Shown here: piece after piece, positions 32,369 to 40,666 of the stretch
Position numbering within the stretch: the stretch's first letter is position 1
Layout of the letters: each line of letters starts with the position of its first letter
Assembly: GCA_044224215.1 (NCBI GenBank)
Contig: JBGAKX010000004.1
Span: 7,709-71,708 of the forward strand
DNA length: 64,000 bases
Origin: Blastocatellia bacterium
GTDB lineage: Bacteria; Acidobacteriota; Blastocatellia; UBA7656; JADIYM01
Direction: 5' to 3'
Notes under the pieces: model-generated
Told to the model about the DNA's origin: nothing
Seen by the model: only the letters and a program-made list of their open reading frames with translations
Databases searched by the model: none
Program-made: the position numbers and the translations under genes

Positions 32369-32989
32369 ATGCCGACGCTTCGCGACATGGCCGGGAGACT
32401 CGGGCCGCTGCTGATCGATCCGCGGGTCGAGGATCCTGCCTCCGCAGATCGGCGGCAGGCTGCCGTGGCGCTCATCCTGCGTGAATCCGTTCGCGGCGGC
32501 GCCGACGTGCTGCTGATCAAGCGGGCCGACAATCCGCGCGACCATTGGTCGGGACACATCGCGCTCCCTGGCGGCCGCCGCGACGAGACCGATGCGTCGC
32601 TCGCGACGACCGCGTTGCGCGAAACGCGCGAAGAGGTCGGGATCGCGCTCGGCGTCGACGACATTGTCGGTCGGCTTGCGCGGCTCAGTCCGCAGAATCC
32701 GCGGCTCCCGCGCATCGACATCACGCCGTTCGTGGTGCTCGCGGACGCTTCGAGCGAACCGACGCCGAATCACGAGGTGGCCGAGTGCTTCTGGGTGTCG
32801 CTCGACGAGCTGATCGCGGCGGGGCCGACCCGTGTCGTCCATCTCGAGATCACCGGCGAACGGCTCGAGTGGCCTGCGTATCCGTATCGCGAGCATTTGA
32901 TCTGGGGGCTCACGGAGCGAATCCTGACCGAGTTCATTGCGCTCGTTCAGCAGATCAGGGAGGTGAGCGGACCGCATGCCACAGTTTGA
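32369..32989 (+). CDS. Nudix hydrolase, CoA pyrophosphatase-like
   Basis: LLIKRA...WSGHIALPGGRRDETDASLATTALRETREEVGI Nudix box; IWGLT. Confidence 0.9.
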   Translation: MPTLRDMAGRLGPLLIDPRVEDPASADRRQAAVALILRESVRGGADVLLIKRADNPRDHWSGHIALPGGRRDETDASLATTALRETREEVGIALGVDDIVGRLARLSPQNPRLPRIDITPFVVLADASSEPTPNHEVAECFWVSLDELIAAGPTRVVHLEITGERLEWPAYPYREHLIWGLTERILTEFIALVQQIREVSGPHATV

Positions 32990-33326
32990 GCGTCACGTGT
33001 TCGTGTGCACGAATCAGCGGCCGTCCGACAGTCCGCGGGGTTGTTGCGACCCGGAAGGAAAACGGGCGATGCAATCGCTGTTCAAGGCGGCGCTCGCGCG
33101 GCGGGGGTTGAAGGGACGCGTGCGCGCAAACGCCGCAGGGTGTCTCGACCAGTGCGAGCACGGACCGACGGTGGTCGTGTATCCGGACGGCGTGTGGTAC
33201 GGGTTCGTCACGGCCGCCGACGTCGACGAGATCGTCGAGTCGCACATCATCGGAGGGCAGCCGGTCGAGCGGCTGCGGCTCGCCGAATCGTGCGTGAACG
33301 TCGCGACGTGTCCGCACAAGTCGTGA
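32976..33326 (+). CDS. Thioredoxin-like [2Fe-2S] ferredoxin
   Basis: HVFVCTN...GCC...GCLDQCEHGP.VVVYPDGVWY...DEIVESHI. Confidence 0.92.
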   Translation: MPQFERHVFVCTNQRPSDSPRGCCDPEGKRAMQSLFKAALARRGLKGRVRANAAGCLDQCEHGPTVVVYPDGVWYGFVTAADVDEIVESHIIGGQPVERLRLAESCVNVATCPHKS

Positions 33327-33327
33327 C

Positions 33328-33413
33328 GCAGAGCCGATCGCGTGAGCGATCGGTGGAGTCCGACGGGTCGTGCAATTAGGGGTTCCCCCGATCCCTGACG
33401 GGATCGGCTCTGC
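33328..33413. repeat. Inverted doublet of REP-like palindromes, family C, between convergent genes
   Basis: 33328-33353 (rc CCGATCGC-TCAC-GCGATCGG-CTCTGC) and 33388-33413 (CCGATCCC-TGAC-GGGATCGG-CTCTGC). Confidence 0.85.
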
Positions 33414-33420
33414 TTTCGCG

Positions 33421-35490
33421 TCAGTTCACCAGCAACGGAGGCTCGCCGCCCGGCTCGCCCTCTTCCAGCTCCGGATCGGACGGATCGGGCGTCTGCTCGT
33501 CGATCTCCCACACCTGGAACAGCGCCGGCGACACCTCGGTCACAAAGCGCGACGGTTTCTGTATGACCGTTTCGCGCGTGCGCTCGACGACGGTCAGCGG
33601 ATAGCAGACCGCCAGCTGGTCGCGGGCGCGCGTGATGGCAACGTAGAACAGCCGCCGCTCCTCCTCCTCGCTGTCCGCCGTTCTGAGCGACCTTGCCGAC
33701 GGAAACCTCCCGTCCGATGCCCAGATGACGAACACCGCGCGCCACTCGAGCCCCTTCGCCTGGTGGATCGACGACAGTACCAGGCGTTCGTCCTCGTCGG
33801 CCCCCTCGACGATGTCCTCGCCGGCCGTGCCGCCGGGTTCGCCGAACCGCTCGGTGTTTACGAGCGCGAGATCGCTCAGGAACGCCTCGGTCGAGTCGAA
33901 CTGCGTGGCAAACCGCGCAAGCTGCCGCAGATCCTCTTCGCGGGCGTCCGCGTTCTCGTACGACCCCTGCAGGTGGTCGAGATACCCGCGCTGGAGGATC
34001 GTCTCGATCTGTTTCGCGGGGTCGCCCGCGACGCCCGGCGCGATGAGCGCGCCGACGAGCGCCGCAAACCGCGCCCAACCGTCGCCAGCGGGCGCGCTCT
34101 CCACGGCGCCTGCGCGTACGAGGGCAAGCGGATTCTCGGCGATCGCGAGCCGCTCCCAGATGCGCGCGGCTGTGCGCGCGCCAACGCGCGGGATCAGTCT
34201 GAGGACGCGCTTCCACGCCAGCTCGTCGCGAGGATTCACGACGAGCCGGAGGTACGAGATGACGTCCTTGATGTGAGCCTGCTCGAAGAACCGCAGACCG
34301 GAGCGGATCGAGTACGGAATGTTGCGTCGAGAGAGCTCCAGCTGAAGCTCGAGCGCGTGCCAGTGCGAACGGTAGAGCACCGAGACCTCGGAGAGCGGCA
34401 TGCCTTCGTCGCGGAGTTCGAGCACGCGCGACGCGACGAACGCCGCCTGCTGCTCGGCATCGCGCAGCGGCACGAGCGCCGGCTCGTAGCCGGATGCGGG
34501 CCGAATTGCGCGCAGCTGCTTTGGCAGCTGCGCCCGGTTCTGGGCGATCGACGCGTTCGCGAGCGTCAGGATCTCGGGCGTCGATCGGTAGTTCGATTCG
34601 AGCCGGTACTCCTCGGCGTCCGGGTAGCGCTTGCCGAACGTGAGCATGTTGCCGATGTGGGCTCCGCGCCAGCCATAGATCGACTGGGCGTCGTCGCCGA
34701 CGACCATCAGGTTTCGGTGCGCCGCGGCAACAAGGTCGACGATCTCGGCCTGCAGCGTGTTCGTGTCCTGGTACTCGTCGACGAGCACGTGCTGGAACTG
34801 GTCCGAGATCGCGCGCGACACCTCGGCGTTCTCGAGCATCAGGCGGCGCCAGTTGACGAGCAGGTCGTCGTAGTCCATCGAGTTCCGCTCGCGCTTGCGC
34901 TGCTGGTACAGGTATTCGACGCGTTCGATCTGCGAGGCGAGCGGCTCAAAGTATGGATATGCGATCGCGAGAACCGCACCGATCGACTGTCCGGTATTGG
35001 TCGCATAACTGAAGATGTCGCGCAGCACGGCCGCCTTTGGAAAGCGGCGGGCGCGGGTATCGATCGCGGCCTCGTCGACCGCCGTGTCGACGAGATCGGC
35101 GGCGTCCTCGGAGTCGAGAATCGTGTAGTTCGCGGAGTATCCCAGCGATTCGGCGTGGCGCCTGAGCAGCCTGTTGGCGACCGAGTGGAACGTGCCGCCC
35201 CAGACACGCCGGACATCGCCGCGAACCAGCGATTCGACCCGTCCGAGCATCTCGCGCGCGGCGCGGTTCGTGAACGTCACGACGAGGATCCGCGACCCGG
35301 GAACGCCCGATTCGATCAGCCGCGCAACGCGGTACGTGACGGTCCGAGTCTTGCCCGAACCAGCGCCGGCGATGACCAGCTTGGGTCCGAGACCGGATGC
35401 GACGACGCGGTACTGCTCTTCGTTCAGCGCACGTGCGTAATCGACCGCATACTGTGTCTGAAGCTCCCGCTTGATCGTGTACCGCTTCAT
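33421..35490 (-). CDS. uvrD: UvrD/Rep/PcrA-family ATP-dependent DNA helicase
   Basis: AGAGSGKT, TFTNRAA, TFHS, VDEYQD, VGDDAQSIYGWRGA, NYRS, HQAKGLEW, EERRLFYVAITRA. Confidence 0.93.
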   Translation of the reverse strand: MKRYTIKRELQTQYAVDYARALNEEQYRVVASGLGPKLVIAGAGSGKTRTVTYRVARLIESGVPGSRILVVTFTNRAAREMLGRVESLVRGDVRRVWGGTFHSVANRLLRRHAESLGYSANYTILDSEDAADLVDTAVDEAAIDTRARRFPKAAVLRDIFSYATNTGQSIGAVLAIAYPYFEPLASQIERVEYLYQQRKRERNSMDYDDLLVNWRRLMLENAEVSRAISDQFQHVLVDEYQDTNTLQAEIVDLVAAAHRNLMVVGDDAQSIYGWRGAHIGNMLTFGKRYPDAEEYRLESNYRSTPEILTLANASIAQNRAQLPKQLRAIRPASGYEPALVPLRDAEQQAAFVASRVLELRDEGMPLSEVSVLYRSHWHALELQLELSRRNIPYSIRSGLRFFEQAHIKDVISYLRLVVNPRDELAWKRVLRLIPRVGARTAARIWERLAIAENPLALVRAGAVESAPAGDGWARFAALVGALIAPGVAGDPAKQIETILQRGYLDHLQGSYENADAREEDLRQLARFATQFDSTEAFLSDLALVNTERFGEPGGTAGEDIVEGADEDERLVLSSIHQAKGLEWRAVFVIWASDGRFPSARSLRTADSEEEERRLFYVAITRARDQLAVCYPLTVVERTRETVIQKPSRFVTEVSPALFQVWEIDEQTPDPSDPELEEGEPGGEPPLLVN

Positions 35491-35540
35491 CTGACGTGAG
35501 TATACGGCAGGTCGGCGAGGCTTCGAACCGGGGCCATGAG

Positions 35541-35585
35541 GAAAGGCCTCACACAGAGGATTGCACGTTCCTCCGCGTGAGGCCT
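35541..35585 (-). terminator. Intrinsic terminator after the small sigma54-driven ORF
   Basis: Minus-strand RNA AGGCCUCAC-GCG-GAGGA-(8)-UCCUC-UGU-GUGAGGCCU-UUCC; the 17-bp stem is continuous only on the minus strand (G-U wobbles). Confidence 0.7.
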
Positions 35586-35624
35586 CGCCTCTGAACCGTT
35601 GCTGTGCGTCTGCTGTGGACCGGG

Positions 35625-35858
35625 TCAGGCCGCTTCGTTGAACAGGGCCTTGAACATGTCGCGCGCTTCCATCGCACTGCGGGGCGTGCGCTTGAGGGCC
35701 GGGTTGGGTCCCGACGCCTTTGCCTTTCGAATCACTGCCTTCTGCTCGGCTCGGGCCGACTCTTCTGCCTGCCGAGCCGCGATGGCATCCGCCTTGATCA
35801 ATCGTGGAGCGGCTGCCATCGTCGTCGATCCCTGCTGCGCTGCTCTCTTGGTCTTCAT
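35625..35858 (-). CDS. Small basic Ala/Lys/Arg-rich protein (77 aa), function unknown
   Basis: GGAG RBS before ATG 35858; flanked by a sigma54 promoter and a terminator. Confidence 0.7.
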   Translation of the reverse strand: MKTKRAAQQGSTTMAAAPRLIKADAIAARQAEESARAEQKAVIRKAKASGPNPALKRTPRSAMEARDMFKALFNEAA

Positions 35859-35959
35859 AATCGTCTCCAACAGCTCGGTTTCGTTCAGAAACGCGAGCAC
35901 CCTCTAAGTCTTTCCTGGTTGTCTTTCAATCCGAGAACTGAAGCTGTCGCAGATTTCTC

Positions 35960-35975
35960 AGCAATCTGTGTGCCA
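35960..35975 (-). promoter_or_regulatory. sigma54 (RpoN) -24/-12 promoter
   Basis: Minus strand TGGCAC-ACAGA-TTGCT, an exact match to TGGCAC-N5-TTGCW. Confidence 0.8.
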
Positions 35976-36070
35976 TAAGCGCCGATCGAGTGTGCAATCG
36001 GTCAATCTGCCGTAATAAACTGAAAAACGGCCTGAATTGTTCGCGAATTCTCGGGGCGGATCCCGCGCGC

Positions 36071-36133
36071 TTGGGACGAAGTGGAGCCAGCGTGTCCCAA
36101 ATTTGAGCAATGCTGCACCATTTGGTGTCGCAT
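36071..36133. promoter_or_regulatory. Candidate enhancer (UAS) palindromes for the sigma54 promoter
   Basis: TTGGGAC-N16-GTCCCAA (36071-36100) and ATGCTGCACCATTTGGTGTCGCAT (36110-36133), about 95-160 bp upstream of the -24 element. Confidence 0.4.
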
Positions 36134-36325
36134 TTCTTGGACATCCGGCGCAGCGTGTGGCGTTTTTGTCCGGCACCGTCTGGGATCGCTACACGGAAAC
36201 GCGCGGCTTCCGATCGCGAATCGGTTTGCACCTTGCCGCGCCGCGGCAGTATGATACGGCGTCGTCTTGCGCTCCGTTCGCGGGCGCATCAAGCCGATGT
36301 ATCAAGGAAGTGGTTGGGGTCTCCT

Positions 36326-37459
36326 ATGGGTGTGTCCCCCTCGGGAAAAGGTAAGCACACGCGTCCCGACGGCATGACGTCGCCGGTCGATGCGGTGTCT
36401 CCCGAGCAGGAGCGGTTTGTCACCAGCCCGATGTCTCACAGACCCGTGCCCATACCCGGGCGTCCGACGGGAAACATCGTGTCGAGCCCGTTTGGCACCG
36501 GCAGCGTTTCGTCCAAGGCGCTGCGCCCCGACGCGCCGACTCCTGCGGTTCCGCTTGCGTCGCTGCTCGAGGACGCCCAGGAGGACATGCTCTGGGGAGG
36601 CAGTGAGGCCGAGCGTCGCACCGCGCTCGAGGCCGCCGAGCAGGACCTGACGCTGTACCGACTCGCCATCGACGCCACCAACCTCACGTACGAGCAGGCG
36701 TTCACGATTCTTGCGCTCACCGTCGAGTTCTTCCACCAGGGCGAGCACGTCGAGCGTGTCGAGCAGCACGCGCTGCGAACCGCGGCCGGTGTGGTGCTCC
36801 GAATCCAGCGCATGGTCGCCGACGAGCCGCTCAGGATTCTCGCGCCGTTCTACCTGAACCAGCTCCGGAACATCTTCCAGGCGTGGCACCTCTACCGCGA
36901 GCTTGCAAAGGCGATCGACAACCGCAGCGACTTCCTCGTCCGGATGCGCGGCAAGGGCGACCGGCTCATTCTCGACAGCCTCTTCAGCGAAGAGGGACGC
37001 TCGATGCTCGCGGCCCGCGTCGACGGGTTCATCGAGGCGTGTTCGCGAATGCAGCTCAGCTCCGAGCCGCTCAAGCGCGCCGAGTGGATCGGCAAGCTTC
37101 TCATGTACCGCACCGAGAACGACGAGTGGCAGGTGCCGCCGGAAGCGTGTCTCGGTCTGTGCACGCGGCTCTTGCGCGAGATTCACGACGAGGCGCTGAT
37201 GGGCGCGCTCAGAAACCTGGCGCTTGCATCGTGGGAAGGGCTCTGCAAGGAGACCAACTACCTGCGGGACATCTTCCAGGACGCGACGACCAGCGAGGAC
37301 ACGGTTCGCGGCGTCATCCTGATCCGCACGTCGATACCCGTCGTCGGTCCGCAGATCGAGAACGCCGACTCGGTCCCGTACTTTCCGGAGCACAACGCGT
37401 TCCGCGATCAGGACAAGAACAAGCGCGACAAGCAGCGCATCGTTCGGCTGATCGTCTGA
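36326..37459 (+). CDS. Hypothetical, mostly alpha-helical protein with a Pro/Ser-rich N-terminus (start uncertain)
   Basis: Strong GC3 codon bias from about 36370 onward; no recognised motif. Confidence 0.75.
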   Translation: MGVSPSGKGKHTRPDGMTSPVDAVSPEQERFVTSPMSHRPVPIPGRPTGNIVSSPFGTGSVSSKALRPDAPTPAVPLASLLEDAQEDMLWGGSEAERRTALEAAEQDLTLYRLAIDATNLTYEQAFTILALTVEFFHQGEHVERVEQHALRTAAGVVLRIQRMVADEPLRILAPFYLNQLRNIFQAWHLYRELAKAIDNRSDFLVRMRGKGDRLILDSLFSEEGRSMLAARVDGFIEACSRMQLSSEPLKRAEWIGKLLMYRTENDEWQVPPEACLGLCTRLLREIHDEALMGALRNLALASWEGLCKETNYLRDIFQDATTSEDTVRGVILIRTSIPVVGPQIENADSVPYFPEHNAFRDQDKNKRDKQRIVRLIV

Positions 37460-37478
37460 CGCCCGGGCGCTGTCGGGT

Positions 37479-38378
37479 ATGGATCTCGACCGGCTCCGAG
37501 GGTATCTCGCGTTTGCGCGCGTGCTGAATTTCACCGCCGCCGCGCGGCAGATCAACATCTCGCAGCCCGCGTTGCACGCCCAGGTCAAACAGCTCGAGAC
37601 GGAGGTCGGCGTGGCGCTGTACGCCCGGGAGTCCGGGCGCCTCGTGCTGACCGAGCAGGGTCGCGCCCTGCTGATGTTCGGCCAGAACCTGCTCGACGAG
37701 GTCGAGCGGTTCGAGACCGGCCTGCGCGGCCAGAATCTGAACGAGGAGCTGCGGCTGGGTGCGGGCCTGACGGCGACGCTCTACCTGCTGCCGGCACCGT
37801 TGCGCGAGTTTCGCGCGAAGTGGCCGGACGTGGAATGCCGACTCGCGGTGCATCACCGCGCGGACACGCTCGGCATGCTGCGGACCGCCGAGCTCGACCT
37901 CGGCGTGACCTCGGTCGAACGCGTGCCCGACGACATGAAGGCGTTCGTCTGCGCGCGCACGCGCCACGCGCTGATCGTGCAGACCGGACACGCGCTCGCG
38001 ACCGCGCGCAGGATCTCGCTCGCCGACATCGCCGAGTTCCCGCTGGTGCTGCCGCGGGCCGGCCTGCAGCACCGCCGCATGATCGACGATGCATTCCGCC
38101 GCGCGGGCGTCGAGTACCGCGCCGCGCTCGAGACGGAAGGCTGGGAGGTCATGAAGCACTACGTGGCGCTCGGCTTCGGGATCGCGATCGTCAACGACCT
38201 GTGCCTCGCGCACAGCGTGCCGCCCGAGATCGTCGCGCGACCGCTCGCCGATCTGTTCCCCGAGCGCGTCTACCGGGCGATCTGGGCGCGGAAGCGGCGG
38301 TTGCCGGAACCTGCCGAGCAGTTCCTCGCGTACCTGCGGGGACGCTCCGCAAAGGGCCGCGCCGAGCGCACGGGCTAG
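37479..38378 (+). CDS. LysR-family transcriptional regulator
   Basis: NFTAAARQINISQPALHAQVKQLETEVGVALYAR HTH; LRTAELDLGV; VALGFGIAI. Confidence 0.95.
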   Translation: MDLDRLRGYLAFARVLNFTAAARQINISQPALHAQVKQLETEVGVALYARESGRLVLTEQGRALLMFGQNLLDEVERFETGLRGQNLNEELRLGAGLTATLYLLPAPLREFRAKWPDVECRLAVHHRADTLGMLRTAELDLGVTSVERVPDDMKAFVCARTRHALIVQTGHALATARRISLADIAEFPLVLPRAGLQHRRMIDDAFRRAGVEYRAALETEGWEVMKHYVALGFGIAIVNDLCLAHSVPPEIVARPLADLFPERVYRAIWARKRRLPEPAEQFLAYLRGRSAKGRAERTG

Positions 38379-40300
38379 CTTCTCCGAAATCCCTCGGGTC
38401 GCTGAAACTGCTTCTCGATGTCACGGATGGTGAACCGCAGCAGGATCGGCCGCCCGTGCGGGCACGTCCACGGATTCTCGGTCGCCAGCAGTTCGTCGAT
38501 CAGCCACGTCATCTTTTCGTCGGTGAGTGACATGTTGATCTTGATCGCGGCGCGGCACGCGAGGCTCGCGGCGATCACCTCGCGCAGCACGTCGAGCGAT
38601 CCGCGGCCCTCGGCGGCGTCGACGGCTTCGAGGAGTTCGGTCAGCAGCGTTCGCGTGTCGCCGGCGGGAAGCTCGGCGGGGACCGACGTGATCGCGACGG
38701 TCCGCCCCGACAGCATGAGCAGGTCGAACCCGGCGGATTCGAGCTCGGGCTGAAGCCGCTCAAAACTCACCGCCTGGGCGGGCGTCAGGTCGATCGTCTC
38801 GGGAATCAGCAATTGCTGTCGAACCGGAGGTTCAGACGTGTTTCGCGCGCGAAAGCGCTCGAACAGGATCCGTTCGTGCGCGACGTGCTGATCGATCAGC
38901 AGCAGACCCTCGTCGTCGGTCGCGACGACAAAGCTCCGGCGGATCTGGCCGAGCGGACGGATGCGCCCGCTGATCTCGCCTTCGTGGTGGGCGCTCCGGT
39001 CATCGACCAGCGCGAGACCGCGATGCGACGGTTCGGTGCGCGCGTCGTCCCCGGACGTCTCGCGAGGCTGCGTATCGTCACGCGCGAACCACTGTGCAAC
39101 CGCCGGCGGTTCCTCGAGCGCAGGTGACGCCGCGGCCGGCGACGGAACACGGTAGCCGATCGCCAGTGCAGGCTGATCGGGCCGCGGCAGCGGCGGCCAC
39201 GCGCGCACTGGTGGCGGCGCTGCGGTCGTCTGATGGGCTTCCGGCTCGGCATCGACGTCTATCGACGCGACGCCGTGGACCTCGGGCGCCGGAAATACGG
39301 CGACGGGCCGGCGCGCGCGCTCGAGCGCGTCGCGGATCGCCGATCCGACGATCTGCCGGACGAACTGCTCTTCGCGGAACCTGACCTCGGTCTTGGCGGG
39401 ATGGACGTTCACGTCGATGCGGTCCGGCGGCAGTTCGACGAACAGGATCGCCGCCGGGTACGTGCCCGACGGCATCATCGAACGAAAGCCATCCATGATC
39501 GCCCGGCCCAGCAGACGGTCGCGAACGTACCGGCCGTTTACGAACAGATACTGCGCCTCGCGCGATGTTCGCTGCTCCTGCGGGTTCGACACGTAACCGC
39601 GGACGCGCACGCCGTTGGCCTCCGTCTCGACCTCGACAAGGCGGTCGACGAGCGGGGCGCCGAGCAGCTGGTACGCGCGCTCGCGAAGCGTCCCGACCGG
39701 CGGCACGCCGATGGTCTCGCGGCCATTGTTCACGAGGCTGAACGCGACGCCCGGGTTCGCAAGCGCGTAGTGCGTCACGAGGTTGGTAACGTGAAAGCTC
39801 TCGGTCGCGTCGCTCTTCAGGAACTTCCGTCGCGCGGGCATGTTGAAGAACAGGTCCTTGACCGCGACCTCGGTACCGCCGGGCCATGCGACGTCGCGCA
39901 CGGCTCCGAGCCGTCCACCGTTGATCGCGAGCTGCGTGCCAGCGACCTCCGGGTGCGACCGTGTCGTGAGCGTCAGTTTCGAGACGGACGCGATCGACGG
40001 CAACGCCTCGCCGCGGAACCCGAACGACGCGATCGCCATCAGGTCCTCGGCTGTCCGCAGCTTGCTGGTCGCGTGGCGCTCGAACGCAAGGATCGCATCG
40101 TCGCGCGTCATGCCTTCGCCGTCGTCCGAGACGCGTACGAGGCTGCGGCCTGCGCCTGCGATCTCGACCTCGATGCGGGTGGCGCGGGCATCGAGCGCGT
40201 TCTCGACGAGCTCCTTTGCGACGGAGGCGGGGCGTTCGACGACTTCGCCCGCGGCGATCTTGTTGGCGAGGAGCTCCGGAAGGACACGGATCTTTGACAC
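38375..40300 (-). CDS. mutL: DNA mismatch repair endonuclease MutL
   Basis: NKIAAGEVVERPASVAKELVENALDA, HATSK, FGFRGEALPSI, DVNVHPAKTEV, DQHVAHERILFE, ACRAAIK, CPHGRP. Confidence 0.97.
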   Translation of the reverse strand: MSKIRVLPELLANKIAAGEVVERPASVAKELVENALDARATRIEVEIAGAGRSLVRVSDDGEGMTRDDAILAFERHATSKLRTAEDLMAIASFGFRGEALPSIASVSKLTLTTRSHPEVAGTQLAINGGRLGAVRDVAWPGGTEVAVKDLFFNMPARRKFLKSDATESFHVTNLVTHYALANPGVAFSLVNNGRETIGVPPVGTLRERAYQLLGAPLVDRLVEVETEANGVRVRGYVSNPQEQRTSREAQYLFVNGRYVRDRLLGRAIMDGFRSMMPSGTYPAAILFVELPPDRIDVNVHPAKTEVRFREEQFVRQIVGSAIRDALERARRPVAVFPAPEVHGVASIDVDAEPEAHQTTAAPPPVRAWPPLPRPDQPALAIGYRVPSPAAASPALEEPPAVAQWFARDDTQPRETSGDDARTEPSHRGLALVDDRSAHHEGEISGRIRPLGQIRRSFVVATDDEGLLLIDQHVAHERILFERFRARNTSEPPVRQQLLIPETIDLTPAQAVSFERLQPELESAGFDLLMLSGRTVAITSVPAELPAGDTRTLLTELLEAVDAAEGRGSLDVLREVIAASLACRAAIKINMSLTDEKMTWLIDELLATENPWTCPHGRPILLRFTIRDIEKQFQRPEGFRRS

Positions 40301-40365
40301 GCGCGGATTCTATCGACGCGCGCACAGGAACAGCAACGGGGAACCCTCTTTGTGGCACCTGAAAT

Positions 40366-40490
40366 CCACCCGCCACCTACCGGTGGCGGTACTGGGTCCA
40401 GGAGAGCACCTAACGTGCCGAATCCGATCGCGCGTGACGACACGGCCAGGTTATGCATTGCCACAGTACCGCCACCGGTAGGTGGCGGGT
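40366..40490. repeat. Inverted doublet of REP-like palindromes, family A (copies 2 and 3)
   Basis: 40366-40396 is identical to 300-330; 40464-40490 is the reverse complement of ACCCGCCACCTACCGGTGGCGGTACTG. Confidence 0.85.
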
Positions 40491-40503
40491 TTAAGGCCAC
40501 TTC

Positions 40504-40533
40504 TTGACACGTTTCGAAGCGCAAGCGTAGCAT
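40504..40533 (+). promoter_or_regulatory. sigma70 promoter of tRNA-Cys
   Basis: TTGACA-N18-TAGCAT, 18 nt before the tRNA. Confidence 0.7.
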
Positions 40534-40551
40534 TCCCGGTCCTTTCCGTCC

Positions 40552-40622
<71 letters not shown>

Positions 40623-40624
40623 TC

Positions 40625-40666
40625 GTTGCCGCAGATTCGCGCCTATCCGCGTGAATCTGCGGCAAC
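40625..40666. terminator. 14-bp hairpin between the convergent tRNA-Cys and the nuclease gene (related to repeat family B)
   Basis: GTTGCCGCAGATTC...GAATCTGCGGCAAC; shares the CCGCAGATT core with 7978-8017; overlaps the nuclease stop codon. Confidence 0.6.

Noticed and set aside
40352-40367. Second sigma54 promoter (TGGCAC at about 40353)
   Set aside because: The -12 element reads ATCC, not TTGC.
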